From the NCBI GenBank assembly GCA_044222185.1, contig JBGANV010000008.1, positions 32,001-96,000 on the forward strand: DNA of 64,000 bases. Direction: 5' to 3'. Origin of the DNA: Planctomycetota bacterium (GTDB lineage Bacteria > Planctomycetota > GCA-002687715 > CAIWVZ01). Positions 8,727 to 17,942 of this stretch are shown here, piece by piece (the stretch's first letter is position 1; each line of letters starts with the position of its first letter). A program made the position numbers and the translations under genes. Under the pieces are notes generated by a model, which had not been told where the DNA came from, did not search any database, and was given only the letters and a program-made list of their open reading frames with translations.

Positions 8727-10295
8727 ATGTTGAGAAGCACCACGATCTTCGTCCTCGGGTTCGCGATCGTGTCCGCGATCGTGCCGGCGCAGGCCGGGAA
8801 CGGTGGAAACGGCGACCTGGAGCCATCACCGATGGCGGTGGGGGCCAACTTCAACCTCAAGATCACGGGCGGCGCCGGGCAGTCCTGGGCGCTCTTCCTC
8901 TCGGACAACCCGGGCGTGTTCCCGATCCCCGGCGTTGGCACGGTCTGGATCGACGTCCTCTCACCGGCATTCGGCCAGCTCGCGAGCGGTGTGCTCCCGG
9001 CGCCGGGCAACTTCACCCTGACGGCAGCGATTCCAAACAACCCGGCCTTCCTGAACCTCGTGCTTTACACGCAGGCCGTCGTCACGGACCCGACGCATCC
9101 GTCGGGCATCGCGCTGACGCGGGCCGTCCGGCTGGACTTCGAGAATCCGGACTCGTTCACCCCGCTCCCGCCCCTGGGTGGAGCGCGCGTCCTCGCGACG
9201 GCGGAGCTCCTCAAGGACGGTCGCGTGATCGTTTGCGGCGGCGGTGGCGGGACGATCACCAACCCGACAGGCGGCAACTCGACCGAGATCTACGAGCCGT
9301 ACTCGCGAAGCTGGAGCGCAGGCCCGAACATGACGACGGCGCGCGGCTTCCACACGAGCGTGGCGCTGAATGACGGCCGCGTCCTCATCTGCGGTGGCGG
9401 GACGGCTTCCGGCGTGACCACGTCGTGCGAGATCTATGACCCGGCGACGAACACGTTCTCGATCGCGGCGTCCATGGGCACGCCACGCGGCGCTCACGCA
9501 GCCACGTTGCTGAACGACGGCCGCGTGCTGGTGACCGGCGGCACGACGAACTTCACGCAGGCCCCAGGGTCGACCACTCCCCTCGGCGACATCCTGAACG
9601 CGTCCGTGAACACGGGCGAGGTCTACGACCCGGTCGCGAACACCTGGACGCCGGTTTCCAACACCATGGCGTCCAAGCGGTGGGGTCACACCCAGACGCT
9701 GCTGAACGACGGCCGTGTCGTCTGCATCTCCGGGTTGAACGGGACCGGCACGCTGCTCGGCGTCGAAGTGCCGGCGTGGACGAACACGTCGAGCATCTAC
9801 AACCCGGCGACGAACGCATTCACCGCCGGACCGACGATCGCGACCATGCGGACGCTGCATCGTGCGACACGCATGCCGAACGGTGAGGTGTTCGTCAGCG
9901 GTGGATTCTCGCCCACTCTGCTCTTCGGCGTCGTGATCGGTGTCGTGTCGACGAACAGCTGCGTGAAGCTCAATTCGACGGCGACGACGTTCACCAATGC
10001 GGGGACGATGGCGGCAGGAGCCCTCGCTCACGGGCAGGTCCTGTTGAAGAACGGCAACTGCCATCTGAGCGGTGGTTCGACGATCGCGCTCGCAGGCACG
10101 ACGTTGTCGATCAGCGCCGTCGATGGGTGCGCGGTTCGTGCGGGCGGCGCCACGGCGCTGACACCGACGGCATCACTCCCCGCGGCCCGCGGAACGCACT
10201 TCGCCGTGCGTCTGTGGGACGGCAGTGTCCTCATCGGCGGCGGAGCCGACGCGGCCTCGAACGGCGACCCGAGCGTCCTTCTCTACACGCCCTGA
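8727..10295 (+). CDS. Secreted Kelch-repeat (7-blade beta-propeller) protein with N-terminal Ig-like module
   Basis: AAGGAG RBS; signal peptide; seven repeats of the L-x-DGRVLxxGG type (KDGRVIVCGG, NDGRVLICGG, NDGRVLVTGG, NDGRVVCISG, PNGEVFVSGG, KNGNCHLSGG, WDGSVLIGGG). Confidence 0.88.
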   Translation: MLRSTTIFVLGFAIVSAIVPAQAGNGGNGDLEPSPMAVGANFNLKITGGAGQSWALFLSDNPGVFPIPGVGTVWIDVLSPAFGQLASGVLPAPGNFTLTAAIPNNPAFLNLVLYTQAVVTDPTHPSGIALTRAVRLDFENPDSFTPLPPLGGARVLATAELLKDGRVIVCGGGGGTITNPTGGNSTEIYEPYSRSWSAGPNMTTARGFHTSVALNDGRVLICGGGTASGVTTSCEIYDPATNTFSIAASMGTPRGAHAATLLNDGRVLVTGGTTNFTQAPGSTTPLGDILNASVNTGEVYDPVANTWTPVSNTMASKRWGHTQTLLNDGRVVCISGLNGTGTLLGVEVPAWTNTSSIYNPATNAFTAGPTIATMRTLHRATRMPNGEVFVSGGFSPTLLFGVVIGVVSTNSCVKLNSTATTFTNAGTMAAGALAHGQVLLKNGNCHLSGGSTIALAGTTLSISAVDGCAVRAGGATALTPTASLPAARGTHFAVRLWDGSVLIGGGADAASNGDPSVLLYTP

Positions 10296-10314
10296 TCGAC
10301 GAAGCAGCGCCGCG

Positions 10315-10379
10315 CCGCGCGAGACGCGCGGCGATCTGGCCGGGCCCCGCCGAGACGGCGGTGGCCACGGCGCTCCTCC
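10315..10379. repeat. ~64-bp double-hairpin repeat, copy 1
   Basis: ccgcgcgagacgcgcggcgatctggccgggccccgccgagacggcggtggccacggcgctcctcc, matching 10566-10629 except for a 1-nt indel. Confidence 0.9.
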
Positions 10380-10565
10380 CCGGCCCTCTCGAACGGCCAC
10401 GGAGCGACGCACGACCCGAGCGCAGCGAGGGCGTGCGGCAGGTTCGCCGGTCGACCGCAGCACAGCGAGGACGACCGGACCGGCTGATCTCGAACGGCCG
10501 CGGGCTTGGGATCACCACGAACCCGACGGTGATCTACGGCCGCACAGCGAGCGATGTACGCCGGA

Positions 10566-10629
10566 CCGCGCGAGACGCGCGGCGATCTGGCCGGGCCCCG
10601 CCGAGACGGCGGTGGCCCGGCGCTCCTCC
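10566..10629. repeat. ~64-bp double-hairpin repeat, copy 2
   Basis: Direct repeat of 10315-10379 in the gap between convergent genes. Confidence 0.9.
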
Positions 10630-10638
10630 GGCGGGCGG

Positions 10639-12900
10639 CTATCGCGATGGGCGCGTTTCGACGGGAGCGCTTGCGGGAGTTTCGCGCTCGTAGGCCGGAA
10701 GCTGAAGCAACTTCGGATCGAGCTTGCGCAACTCGGCGTCCAGCTTGGTGACGAGTTCGTCCCGCTTCGCCTCCCGCGCGCGGGCGAGGAGCATCTTGGC
10801 CGTATCCACCGGCGAGATGTTCAGTCCATCCAGCGTTGCCGCCGCCTCGGGTTTGCGGGCGAACGCTTTCAGCAACTCGTTCAACGCGCCGTCGAAGTCC
10901 TTCCGCTCGAGAGCGATCCGCGCCCGGCCACCGAACGCCAGAACGATCGACTCGTCGGCAGTGGGCCGCGCGTCGGGATTCGCCTCGATGTTCTTCTCGT
11001 AATGCGCGACGGCTCGCTCGTAGGCCGCGAGCGCCTGGTCCGTCTTCCCGGACCGGCGGTAGTACTCGGCCGCAAGAATCGACGCGTAGCCTGCGAACCA
11101 CTCCGTGTTCAACGGAGCATCGGGCTGCTTCAGCATCGCCTCGTAGGTCGGCTCCAATCCATCGACGCCCTTCTCGGCCAGAACCCGACAGCGCAGCCGA
11201 TTGTGAAGGACGCCCGAGTCTGGGAATCGTGCGAGGCCGTCGTCGAGGACGCGAGCCGCGGGGCCGTCGGCGCCGAGTGCCCTCAGGAAGTCGTAATGCG
11301 CGATCGTGGTGGCGTCGGTGGCGAACGGATGGCGCGCGATCACGGCGTAGGTCGCGTTCACGTCCGTCAACCATTGACCGGGCCACGTGGCCTTCTCCGC
11401 GACGGCCTTCTCGATGGCGCGCTGCCGCCCCTCGGCAAACAGCATGAGCACGGCGAGTGCCTGCGGGCTCTGGGAGTCGGCCGGCAGCGTGCCCATGGCC
11501 GCCTCGGCGCGCCTGTACGCATCGTTCCGGCGCATCGTCCGCGAAAGCGCCACGGCCATGGCGCCGTTCACGCGCCACCCCGACGCGCCACGCTTCTCCG
11601 CCTCGAGCGCCAGCTTCTCGGCGTCCAGGTAGAAGGCCTTCGCCGCCGGCCGATCCGTACCCGGCCGCTGGGCCTTGGAGATGCACGCTTCCGCCACGTC
11701 GAGCATGGCGTTGGTGTCGGTTCCGGCGAGCGCCGCATCGCGCGTCGCGACGCGCGCATCGACGGCGGCGTCCTCCATCTCGGCCGACACCGCGTCGCCT
11801 TCGCGAGGCCACCACGCCGGCAGCGCGCTGCGGGATGGGCGCGGAGGTGGGAGCGCCGCCGTCGCGGACGCCTCGTAGGCCTTCGACCACGCTTGCGTGT
11901 CGACGACCGTCGAGTTGTTGTCGAGCCCACGATGCACGACCGCGAGCGTCCGCGCCCGAGCCGACGTCTCACCGATGCGCTCCAGTGCCTTCACGAGGCC
12001 TTCGCGCTCGCCCGCATCCATGGGCACGCGCAACGCCTCCCGAATGAGTTCCACGGCTTCCTCGGAACCCGCCTTCGCCAGCGTCGCGCGGGCCGACTTG
12101 CTCGAATCCGCATCGAATCCCGAGATCGCCATGCGCAGCAGTCCCACGGGCGCGTTCGCGCCCTGGGTCGCCGCCGCGTCGAGCAGCGCCTTCCGCTGCG
12201 CTTGATCGCCCTGCTCGAACGCCACCTCGACGGCCGTGCGGTCCTGATTGTCCGGGCTCGCGACGCGCTCGACGATCGAGCGGTCACCTTTCACGACGGG
12301 AGGCGGCGGCGCCGGCCGATCCGCGATCCCCTTCTTCAGTGAATTGAAGATCGTGTCCGTGTCCCAGGCGTAGAAGACGTCGTACATCTCCTTGCCGTCG
12401 AGTTCGACGCCGATGTGTCGCGGCGCCACGCGCCGGCCGTCGAAGAACTTCTCGAAGAGGAACGGCTCGATGGCGATGTGCTCGCCGCACGTCACGCTCC
12501 CGAATCGCGGACACAACACGCGACGGCCCTGCTCGTCATGATCGCGCGGGGAGTGGCGATACACGGATGCGATGACGCACACGTACGGGTCGTACAGCCT
12601 GGCGATCTCCGGCTGGCGATACCTCACGCCGGCGTAGTGCTCACTGGCGATCTCGCCGTCCATGTTCACGCAGATGAGAATCGCCCGCCCCGTCTCCTTC
12701 GAAAGGGCGACGGCGTCGTCCCAGGTCCGCTGGAATTTCACGAGGCACGGCTTCTTCCAGTCCTCGGCTGTGGGCGCGAACCACATGGTTTCGCGGTTGA
12801 CCCGGGTCGCGGGCGCATCCTGCGCGATACCGAACGCCGAGGCGAGCGAAATCGCCAGCGGAAGAAGCACCGTGCATGCGCGTAGACGAAGTGAAGTCAT
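10639..12900 (-). CDS. Secreted protein with thioredoxin-like N-terminal domain and helical HEAT/TPR-like repeats
   Basis: Signal peptide from ATG 12900 (MTSLRLRAC...GIA-Q); 'WDDAVALSKETGRAILICVNMD' is typical of thioredoxin-like folds; Ala/Leu/Glu-rich TPR-like C-terminal half. Confidence 0.72.
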   Translation of the reverse strand: MTSLRLRACTVLLPLAISLASAFGIAQDAPATRVNRETMWFAPTAEDWKKPCLVKFQRTWDDAVALSKETGRAILICVNMDGEIASEHYAGVRYRQPEIARLYDPYVCVIASVYRHSPRDHDEQGRRVLCPRFGSVTCGEHIAIEPFLFEKFFDGRRVAPRHIGVELDGKEMYDVFYAWDTDTIFNSLKKGIADRPAPPPPVVKGDRSIVERVASPDNQDRTAVEVAFEQGDQAQRKALLDAAATQGANAPVGLLRMAISGFDADSSKSARATLAKAGSEEAVELIREALRVPMDAGEREGLVKALERIGETSARARTLAVVHRGLDNNSTVVDTQAWSKAYEASATAALPPPRPSRSALPAWWPREGDAVSAEMEDAAVDARVATRDAALAGTDTNAMLDVAEACISKAQRPGTDRPAAKAFYLDAEKLALEAEKRGASGWRVNGAMAVALSRTMRRNDAYRRAEAAMGTLPADSQSPQALAVLMLFAEGRQRAIEKAVAEKATWPGQWLTDVNATYAVIARHPFATDATTIAHYDFLRALGADGPAARVLDDGLARFPDSGVLHNRLRCRVLAEKGVDGLEPTYEAMLKQPDAPLNTEWFAGYASILAAEYYRRSGKTDQALAAYERAVAHYEKNIEANPDARPTADESIVLAFGGRARIALERKDFDGALNELLKAFARKPEAAATLDGLNISPVDTAKMLLARAREAKRDELVTKLDAELRKLDPKLLQLPAYERETPASAPVETRPSR

Positions 12901-13088
12901 GGCCAGAAGTGTCCGGAGTTCGATGACGTGACGGATTGCCAAAGCCGGGCCCAGCGTATCGTGCGCGAAGGGGACCGGTAAAGTGGCAGAGTCGCCACCG
13001 GCGAACGGGTTTTCCGCCCGCAACGACGCCGAAGGGCCGTACGAAGCCGGTAAGATCCCGCTCCCCAACCACCAGGAGATCGAACATC

Positions 13089-14078
13089 GTGACCGACGCC
13101 CACGCCGTCGCCGACCGAATCAAACAGGAGAGCGCCTTCCTCAGGGAAGTCACCCGGGAAGTGGAAGGGGTGATCGTCGGCCAGAAACACCTGCTCGATG
13201 GCCTCCTGATGGGCCTGCTTGCCGACGGCCACGTCCTCCTGGAAGGCGTACCCGGTCTGGCCAAGTCCCTCGCCGTGCAATGCCTCGCGACGGCCCTCGG
13301 CGGGAGCTTCCGCCGGATCCAGTTCACACCGGACATCCTGCCGTCGGACCTGCTGGGTACGCACGTGTACAACCCGAAGACGGGCGATTGGACCGTTCGC
13401 GAGGGCCCCGTGTTCGCGAACTTCGTCCTGGCGGACGAGATCAACCGCGCGCCCGCGAAAGTGCAGTCCGCGCTCCTCGAAGCCATGCAGGAGCGCCAGG
13501 TGACGCTCGCGGGAGAGACGAGGGCCCTTCCCGAGCCGTTCCTCGTGCTCGCGACCCAGAATCCGGTCGAGCAGGAGGGCACCTACGCGCTGCCCGAGGC
13601 CCAGGTCGACCGATTCATGCTGAAGGTCGTCGTCGAGTATCCGGACAGGGCGGATGAGCGCAGGATCGTGGAACGCATGGCGACGAACACGGGGAAACCG
13701 CTGGCCCGCCGCGTGGCCTCGCCACAACAGATCGTCGCGGCGCGCAAGCTCATGGACTCGGTCTACGTGGACGAGAAGATCGTGAGCTACGTCGTCGATC
13801 TCGTCTTCGCGACGCGACGTCCCGACGAGGCGGGATTGAAGGACCTGAAGCCCCTGATCCTCTACGGGGCGTCGCCGCGGGCGTCGATCGCGCTCACGCA
13901 AGTCTCACGGGCCCGCGCATTCCTCGATGGACGGGAGTTCGTGACGCCGCAGGACGTGAAGGCCGTCGCCATGGACGTTCTGCGCCACCGCGTCATCACC
14001 ACCTACGAAGCGGAGGCCGAGGGGTTGACGTCGGTGCAGGTGATTCAACGCGTGCTCGACACGGTGCGCGTTCCCTGA
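13089..14078 (+). CDS. moxR: MoxR family AAA+ ATPase
   Basis: AGGAG RBS and GTG 13089; HVLLEGVPGLAKS, RIQFTPDILPSDLLG, LADEINRAPAKVQSALLEAMQERQVT, ATQNPVEQEGTY, GASPRAS. Confidence 0.96.
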   Translation: MTDAHAVADRIKQESAFLREVTREVEGVIVGQKHLLDGLLMGLLADGHVLLEGVPGLAKSLAVQCLATALGGSFRRIQFTPDILPSDLLGTHVYNPKTGDWTVREGPVFANFVLADEINRAPAKVQSALLEAMQERQVTLAGETRALPEPFLVLATQNPVEQEGTYALPEAQVDRFMLKVVVEYPDRADERRIVERMATNTGKPLARRVASPQQIVAARKLMDSVYVDEKIVSYVVDLVFATRRPDEAGLKDLKPLILYGASPRASIALTQVSRARAFLDGREFVTPQDVKAVAMDVLRHRVITTYEAEAEGLTSVQVIQRVLDTVRVP

Positions 14079-14084
14079 TCGATC

Positions 14085-15002
14085 ATGACGGTCGAGGATC
14101 GCGAAGCCGAGCTGGCGGAGCTTCTGAAGGAGGTCCGCCGCATCGAGGTGCAGAGCCGCAGGCTCGTCGCCGACGTCATGGCGGGCGGCTACAGCTCCGT
14201 GTTTCGCGGCTCCGGCATCGAGTTCGACGACGTGCGCGAGTACGTCGAAGGCGACGATCCCCGATCCGTCGACTGGAACGTCACGGCGCGGGTCGGAAGA
14301 CCTTACGTCAAGAAGTACGTGGACGAGCGCGAGCTCACGGTGATGTTTCTCCTCGACGTGTCCGCGTCGATGACCGGCGGATTCGGGCTCTGGTCGGCAC
14401 GCCAGATGGCGGCCCGCATCTGCGCATGCCTCGCCCTGTCGGCCTTGCGCAACAACGACAAGGTGGGACTGATCGCCTTCAGCCGGCAGGTCGATCGATT
14501 CATCCCCGCGAAGAAAGGTCTGGGACACGTCCTGCGCATCGTCCGCGACTGCCTCGTGCTCCCGGGAAGCGATCTGCAGACCGACCTGGGACCGGCGCTC
14601 GAAGCGGCCGCGCGATCGCTGCGGCGGCGCTCGGTCCTCTTCCTCGTGTCGGATTTCTTCGCCGCGAACTGGCGCGAGCCGCTGAGCGTCTGCGCACGCA
14701 AGCACGACGTCATCGCCGTGCGCCTGCTTCCCCGTGAGCTGGCACCGCCGGAGGCGGGCCTCATGCGGCTGCGCGATCCGGAGACGGGACGCGTGCGATT
14801 GGTGGACTGGAGCGATGCGGCCACGAAGACGAACTACCTGGCCCGCGTCGCGAAGTGGCGCGCGGAGACGACGGACGCCATGCGGCGAGCGGGTGTCGAC
14901 GTGATGGACGTCCCACTCCCCCGCACGCACGATCGCGACTCCGTCGCCCGCCCGATCCTGCGTTTCTTCCGCATGCGCGAGCAACGCGGAGCCAAGCGAT
15001 GA
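14085..15002 (+). CDS. DUF58 family protein (MoxR-associated, VWA-like)
   Basis: GxYxSVFRGSGIEFDDVREYVEGDDPRSVDWNVTAR, DVSASM, VSDF motifs; directly after moxR. Confidence 0.94.
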   Translation: MTVEDREAELAELLKEVRRIEVQSRRLVADVMAGGYSSVFRGSGIEFDDVREYVEGDDPRSVDWNVTARVGRPYVKKYVDERELTVMFLLDVSASMTGGFGLWSARQMAARICACLALSALRNNDKVGLIAFSRQVDRFIPAKKGLGHVLRIVRDCLVLPGSDLQTDLGPALEAAARSLRRRSVLFLVSDFFAANWREPLSVCARKHDVIAVRLLPRELAPPEAGLMRLRDPETGRVRLVDWSDAATKTNYLARVAKWRAETTDAMRRAGVDVMDVPLPRTHDRDSVARPILRFFRMREQRGAKR

Positions 15003-15940
15003 GTTGGCGCTCACTCCTCGCGATCGCGGCTTTGACCCTCGCGGCATGCGGCGGCGGCACACCGATCGCGACCGACGATCTGTCCGTCCGCATCGTCACC
15101 GGCCAGACCGACGTGGAGTTCGGGGTGGGCTTCCCCCTCACCGTCGTTCGGTCGTGGCGGACGACGCTCGAACCCGCGCCGTGGGACGACGCCACGCTCG
15201 ACCCGCTGACGACGCGCCTCGTGGAAGTCTCGCACCGCGAATCGGGCGACCACGCCGAGGAGACGCGACGCTACGAATGCCATGCGTTCGTCCGCGATCT
15301 CGTGGTTCTGAAGCCTCGCTCGTTTTCCGCACGGTCGAAGTCGGGGTCGCAGACCCGCGAAACCACGTCCAACGAGATCCGGCTGAACGTCCGGTCGTCA
15401 CTCCCACCCGGCGCGCCGGGTGAGATCGAGCTTCCGTCGGGCCTGATGGCGGAGCGCTCACCGTGGACTCGCGGACTGCTCGCCGGCATCGCCGGCGTTT
15501 GCGCTCTGGGATTCGTGGCGTGGACGGTCCGGCGCCGCCAGAAACCACCGCCCGCGGCCGTCGCGCCCGTCGGGCCTACGCCGGAGGATCGGGCCCGCTC
15601 CCGGCTCCTCCAGCTGCGGACGCACGTGACCGCGACGCGCGAGGACGTACAGGCATTCACCATCGAGGTGTCATCCCTCGTTCGGGACTTCGTGGAAGAA
15701 CGCTTCCACGTCCGCGCCCTCGAGATGACGACGCAGGAGTTCCTCTCCTCGCCCGCGACGGCCCGGGTGCTCGGCGCGCCGCAACGAACCCTCCTCGGCG
15801 AGTTCCTCGCGCTCTGCGACCGCATCAAGTTCGGCCGTCACCTTCCGGGAGACACCGAGCGCAGTCGGCTCCTCGATTCGGCGGAGACGTTCCTGAACGA
15901 CGCGGCCTCGGCGGCGGGGACGGAGGGCCCACGCGCGTGA
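14999..15940 (+). CDS. Bat-operon-associated lipoprotein/membrane protein
   Basis: ATGA overlap with the upstream gene; lipobox LAAC; one TM helix; C-terminal VRDFVEERF..ALEMTTQEFL..CDRIKFG motif typical of the gene between DUF58 and batA. Confidence 0.8.
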   Translation: MSWRSLLAIAALTLAACGGGTPIATDDLSVRIVTGQTDVEFGVGFPLTVVRSWRTTLEPAPWDDATLDPLTTRLVEVSHRESGDHAEETRRYECHAFVRDLVVLKPRSFSARSKSGSQTRETTSNEIRLNVRSSLPPGAPGEIELPSGLMAERSPWTRGLLAGIAGVCALGFVAWTVRRRQKPPPAAVAPVGPTPEDRARSRLLQLRTHVTATREDVQAFTIEVSSLVRDFVEERFHVRALEMTTQEFLSSPATARVLGAPQRTLLGEFLALCDRIKFGRHLPGDTERSRLLDSAETFLNDAASAAGTEGPRA

Positions 15941-16938
15941 ACGCCTTCCTCGAATCCCACACGGGTTTGTTCCTGCTGGATCCGTGGCTGCTCGCCACGC
16001 TCGCGGGGCTCGTCGTCGTGTGGCTCGTGCGGCGACGGCGTCCCCCGCCAAGCATGATCTTCGGGCCGTTCGATCGGATCGACGCATCGGCCCATGGTGG
16101 TTGGCGCGTGCGGCTCGCGGGATTGCCCATGGTTCTGCGAGTGCTGGGCCTCGGCGCCCTCGGCATCGCCCTCGCACGCCCCGTGCACCGCGATCGGCTC
16201 CCTCTCGAAACCCGCGGCATCGACATCGCGCTGTGCCTCGACCTGTCGTCGTCCATGACGGCGACGGACATGGACGCTCAGCGCTCGCGCCTTTCGGTCG
16301 CGAAGGACGCGGCGGCCGAGTTCATCGCCGGCCGTCCGAACGATCGCATCGCACTCGTGGGGTTTGCGCGGTTCCCAGACGTGCGCTGCCCGTTCACCCT
16401 GGATCACGTGGCCTTGGGGAGGATCCTGGGGCAACTCGACACCGTCGCCAGCGATGGCCCGGAGGACGCGACCGGGATCGGCACGGCCGTGGCGCTTGCC
16501 GCGCGCATTCTCCGCCCGAGTACGGCGCGCTCGAAGATCGTCATCGTCTTCACGGACGGCGAGGAGAACGTGGCGACGGCGCAGACTCCCGACGAGATCG
16601 CGCCGCTCCACGCCGGCCAGCTCTGCAAGGACTTGGGCATCCGCGTCTACTCGATCGCCGCCGGCATCGGCGCCCGTGACGCCGCAGGCGCCATCCGCAA
16701 GCTCGACGTCAGTCAGATCCGATCGCTCTCGGCGATCACGAACGGGCACTTCTACGAGGCGCGCGACGCGGGGGCGCTCGCCGCCGTCTACGCCGAGATC
16801 GACCAGCTCGAAAAGGACGAGGTCCAGGAGCCGCGATATCGGATCCGGGAGACGTTCGTGCCGTTCGTCGCGATCGGCATCCTGCTCCTCGTGCTCGGGC
16901 GTCTGCTCGGCTCCACGATCCTCGAGGTGATCCCGTGA
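15937..16938 (+). CDS. batA: BatA-like VWA domain membrane protein
   Basis: GTGA overlap; N-terminal TMs, ALARP, MIDAS DLSSSM, RPNDRIALVGFA, TGIGTA, FTDGEEN, C-terminal TM. Confidence 0.9.
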   Translation: MNAFLESHTGLFLLDPWLLATLAGLVVVWLVRRRRPPPSMIFGPFDRIDASAHGGWRVRLAGLPMVLRVLGLGALGIALARPVHRDRLPLETRGIDIALCLDLSSSMTATDMDAQRSRLSVAKDAAAEFIAGRPNDRIALVGFARFPDVRCPFTLDHVALGRILGQLDTVASDGPEDATGIGTAVALAARILRPSTARSKIVIVFTDGEENVATAQTPDEIAPLHAGQLCKDLGIRVYSIAAGIGARDAAGAIRKLDVSQIRSLSAITNGHFYEARDAGALAAVYAEIDQLEKDEVQEPRYRIRETFVPFVAIGILLLVLGRLLGSTILEVIP

Positions 16939-17942
16939 GCCTCGGCGACGTGTTCGCGTGGCCGGAGGCGCTGCCGATCCTCTTGGCGCCGCCTGCCACA
17001 TGGTTGCTCTTCGCATGGCTCGATCGCCGCTCCGCCGCACGGTTTGGCGACGTGGCGGGAGCTCGAGGCCCGGCGCTCGCGCGGGAACTCGATCGCGATC
17101 GGCGACGGGGACGCAACGTCGTCTTCGCAGCAGGCCTCGCGTTCGCGGGGATCGCCCTGTTGCAGCCGCTCTTCGGAGTCGGCGGGCATCCCGTCGAACA
17201 GCGCGGTGTGGACATCCTCGTGTGTCTCGACGTGTCCAGGTCCATGCTCGCGCGCGATCTCGCGCCCAGCCGGCTTGCGGCCGCGCAGCGAGAGATCCGC
17301 GCGCTCGCCGAACGTGCCCGCGGCGATCGCCTCGGCCTCGTCGCCTTCGCGGGTGCCGCGCGAGTCCTCGTCCCGCTGACCCAGGACGGCGACTCGTTCG
17401 CCGCGCTCGCGGATCTCGCCGATCCCCTCTCCGTACCGCGGGGCGGCACGGATCTCGGCGCCGCGCTGCGCCTCGCGAGCGACGTCTTCTCCGACACGTC
17501 GGGAGAACACGAGGCCGTCATCCTCATCACGGACGGCGATGATCCGGATCAGCGCGGACTCCGCATGGCGGAGACGCTCCGGGGGCGCGGGATCACAGTG
17601 CACTGCGTGGGCGTGGGCTCGCCCGCAGGCAGCAAGATCACGATCGACGGACCGTCGGGCGAAGCGTTCTTGAAGGACGCCGCGGGCAACGACGTGGTTT
17701 CCGCCATGGATCCGGCGGCGCTCCGCAGGATCGCCGAGACGACGCAGGGGAGTTTCGTCGACGCGAACACCCTCCCCAGGCCCCTCGTCAGCCTCTACGA
17801 AGACCGCATCGTGCCCATGGCACGCAAGGCGTTCGCCGGGGGCCCGGGCCACGAGCGCGACAATCGCTTCCAGTGGCCCTTGCTCCTGGCGTTGCTCCTC
17901 TGGATGTTGGAGACGGCATGGACCGACCGACGCACGTCTTGA
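16935..17942 (+). CDS. batB: BatB-like VWA domain membrane protein
   Basis: DVSRSMLARDLAPSRL, GDRLGLVAFAG, PLTQD, GGTDLGAAL, LITDGDD, FQWPL before the C-terminal TM. Confidence 0.9.
   Translation: MSLGDVFAWPEALPILLAPPATWLLFAWLDRRSAARFGDVAGARGPALARELDRDRRRGRNVVFAAGLAFAGIALLQPLFGVGGHPVEQRGVDILVCLDVSRSMLARDLAPSRLAAAQREIRALAERARGDRLGLVAFAGAARVLVPLTQDGDSFAALADLADPLSVPRGGTDLGAALRLASDVFSDTSGEHEAVILITDGDDPDQRGLRMAETLRGRGITVHCVGVGSPAGSKITIDGPSGEAFLKDAAGNDVVSAMDPAALRRIAETTQGSFVDANTLPRPLVSLYEDRIVPMARKAFAGGPGHERDNRFQWPLLLALLLWMLETAWTDRRTS

Noticed and set aside
10390-10446. attC-like hairpin (CGAAC..CGCACG..CGTGCG..GTTCG)
   Set aside because: The ends do not match RYYYAAC/GTTRRRY, and there is no cassette ORF or integrase nearby.
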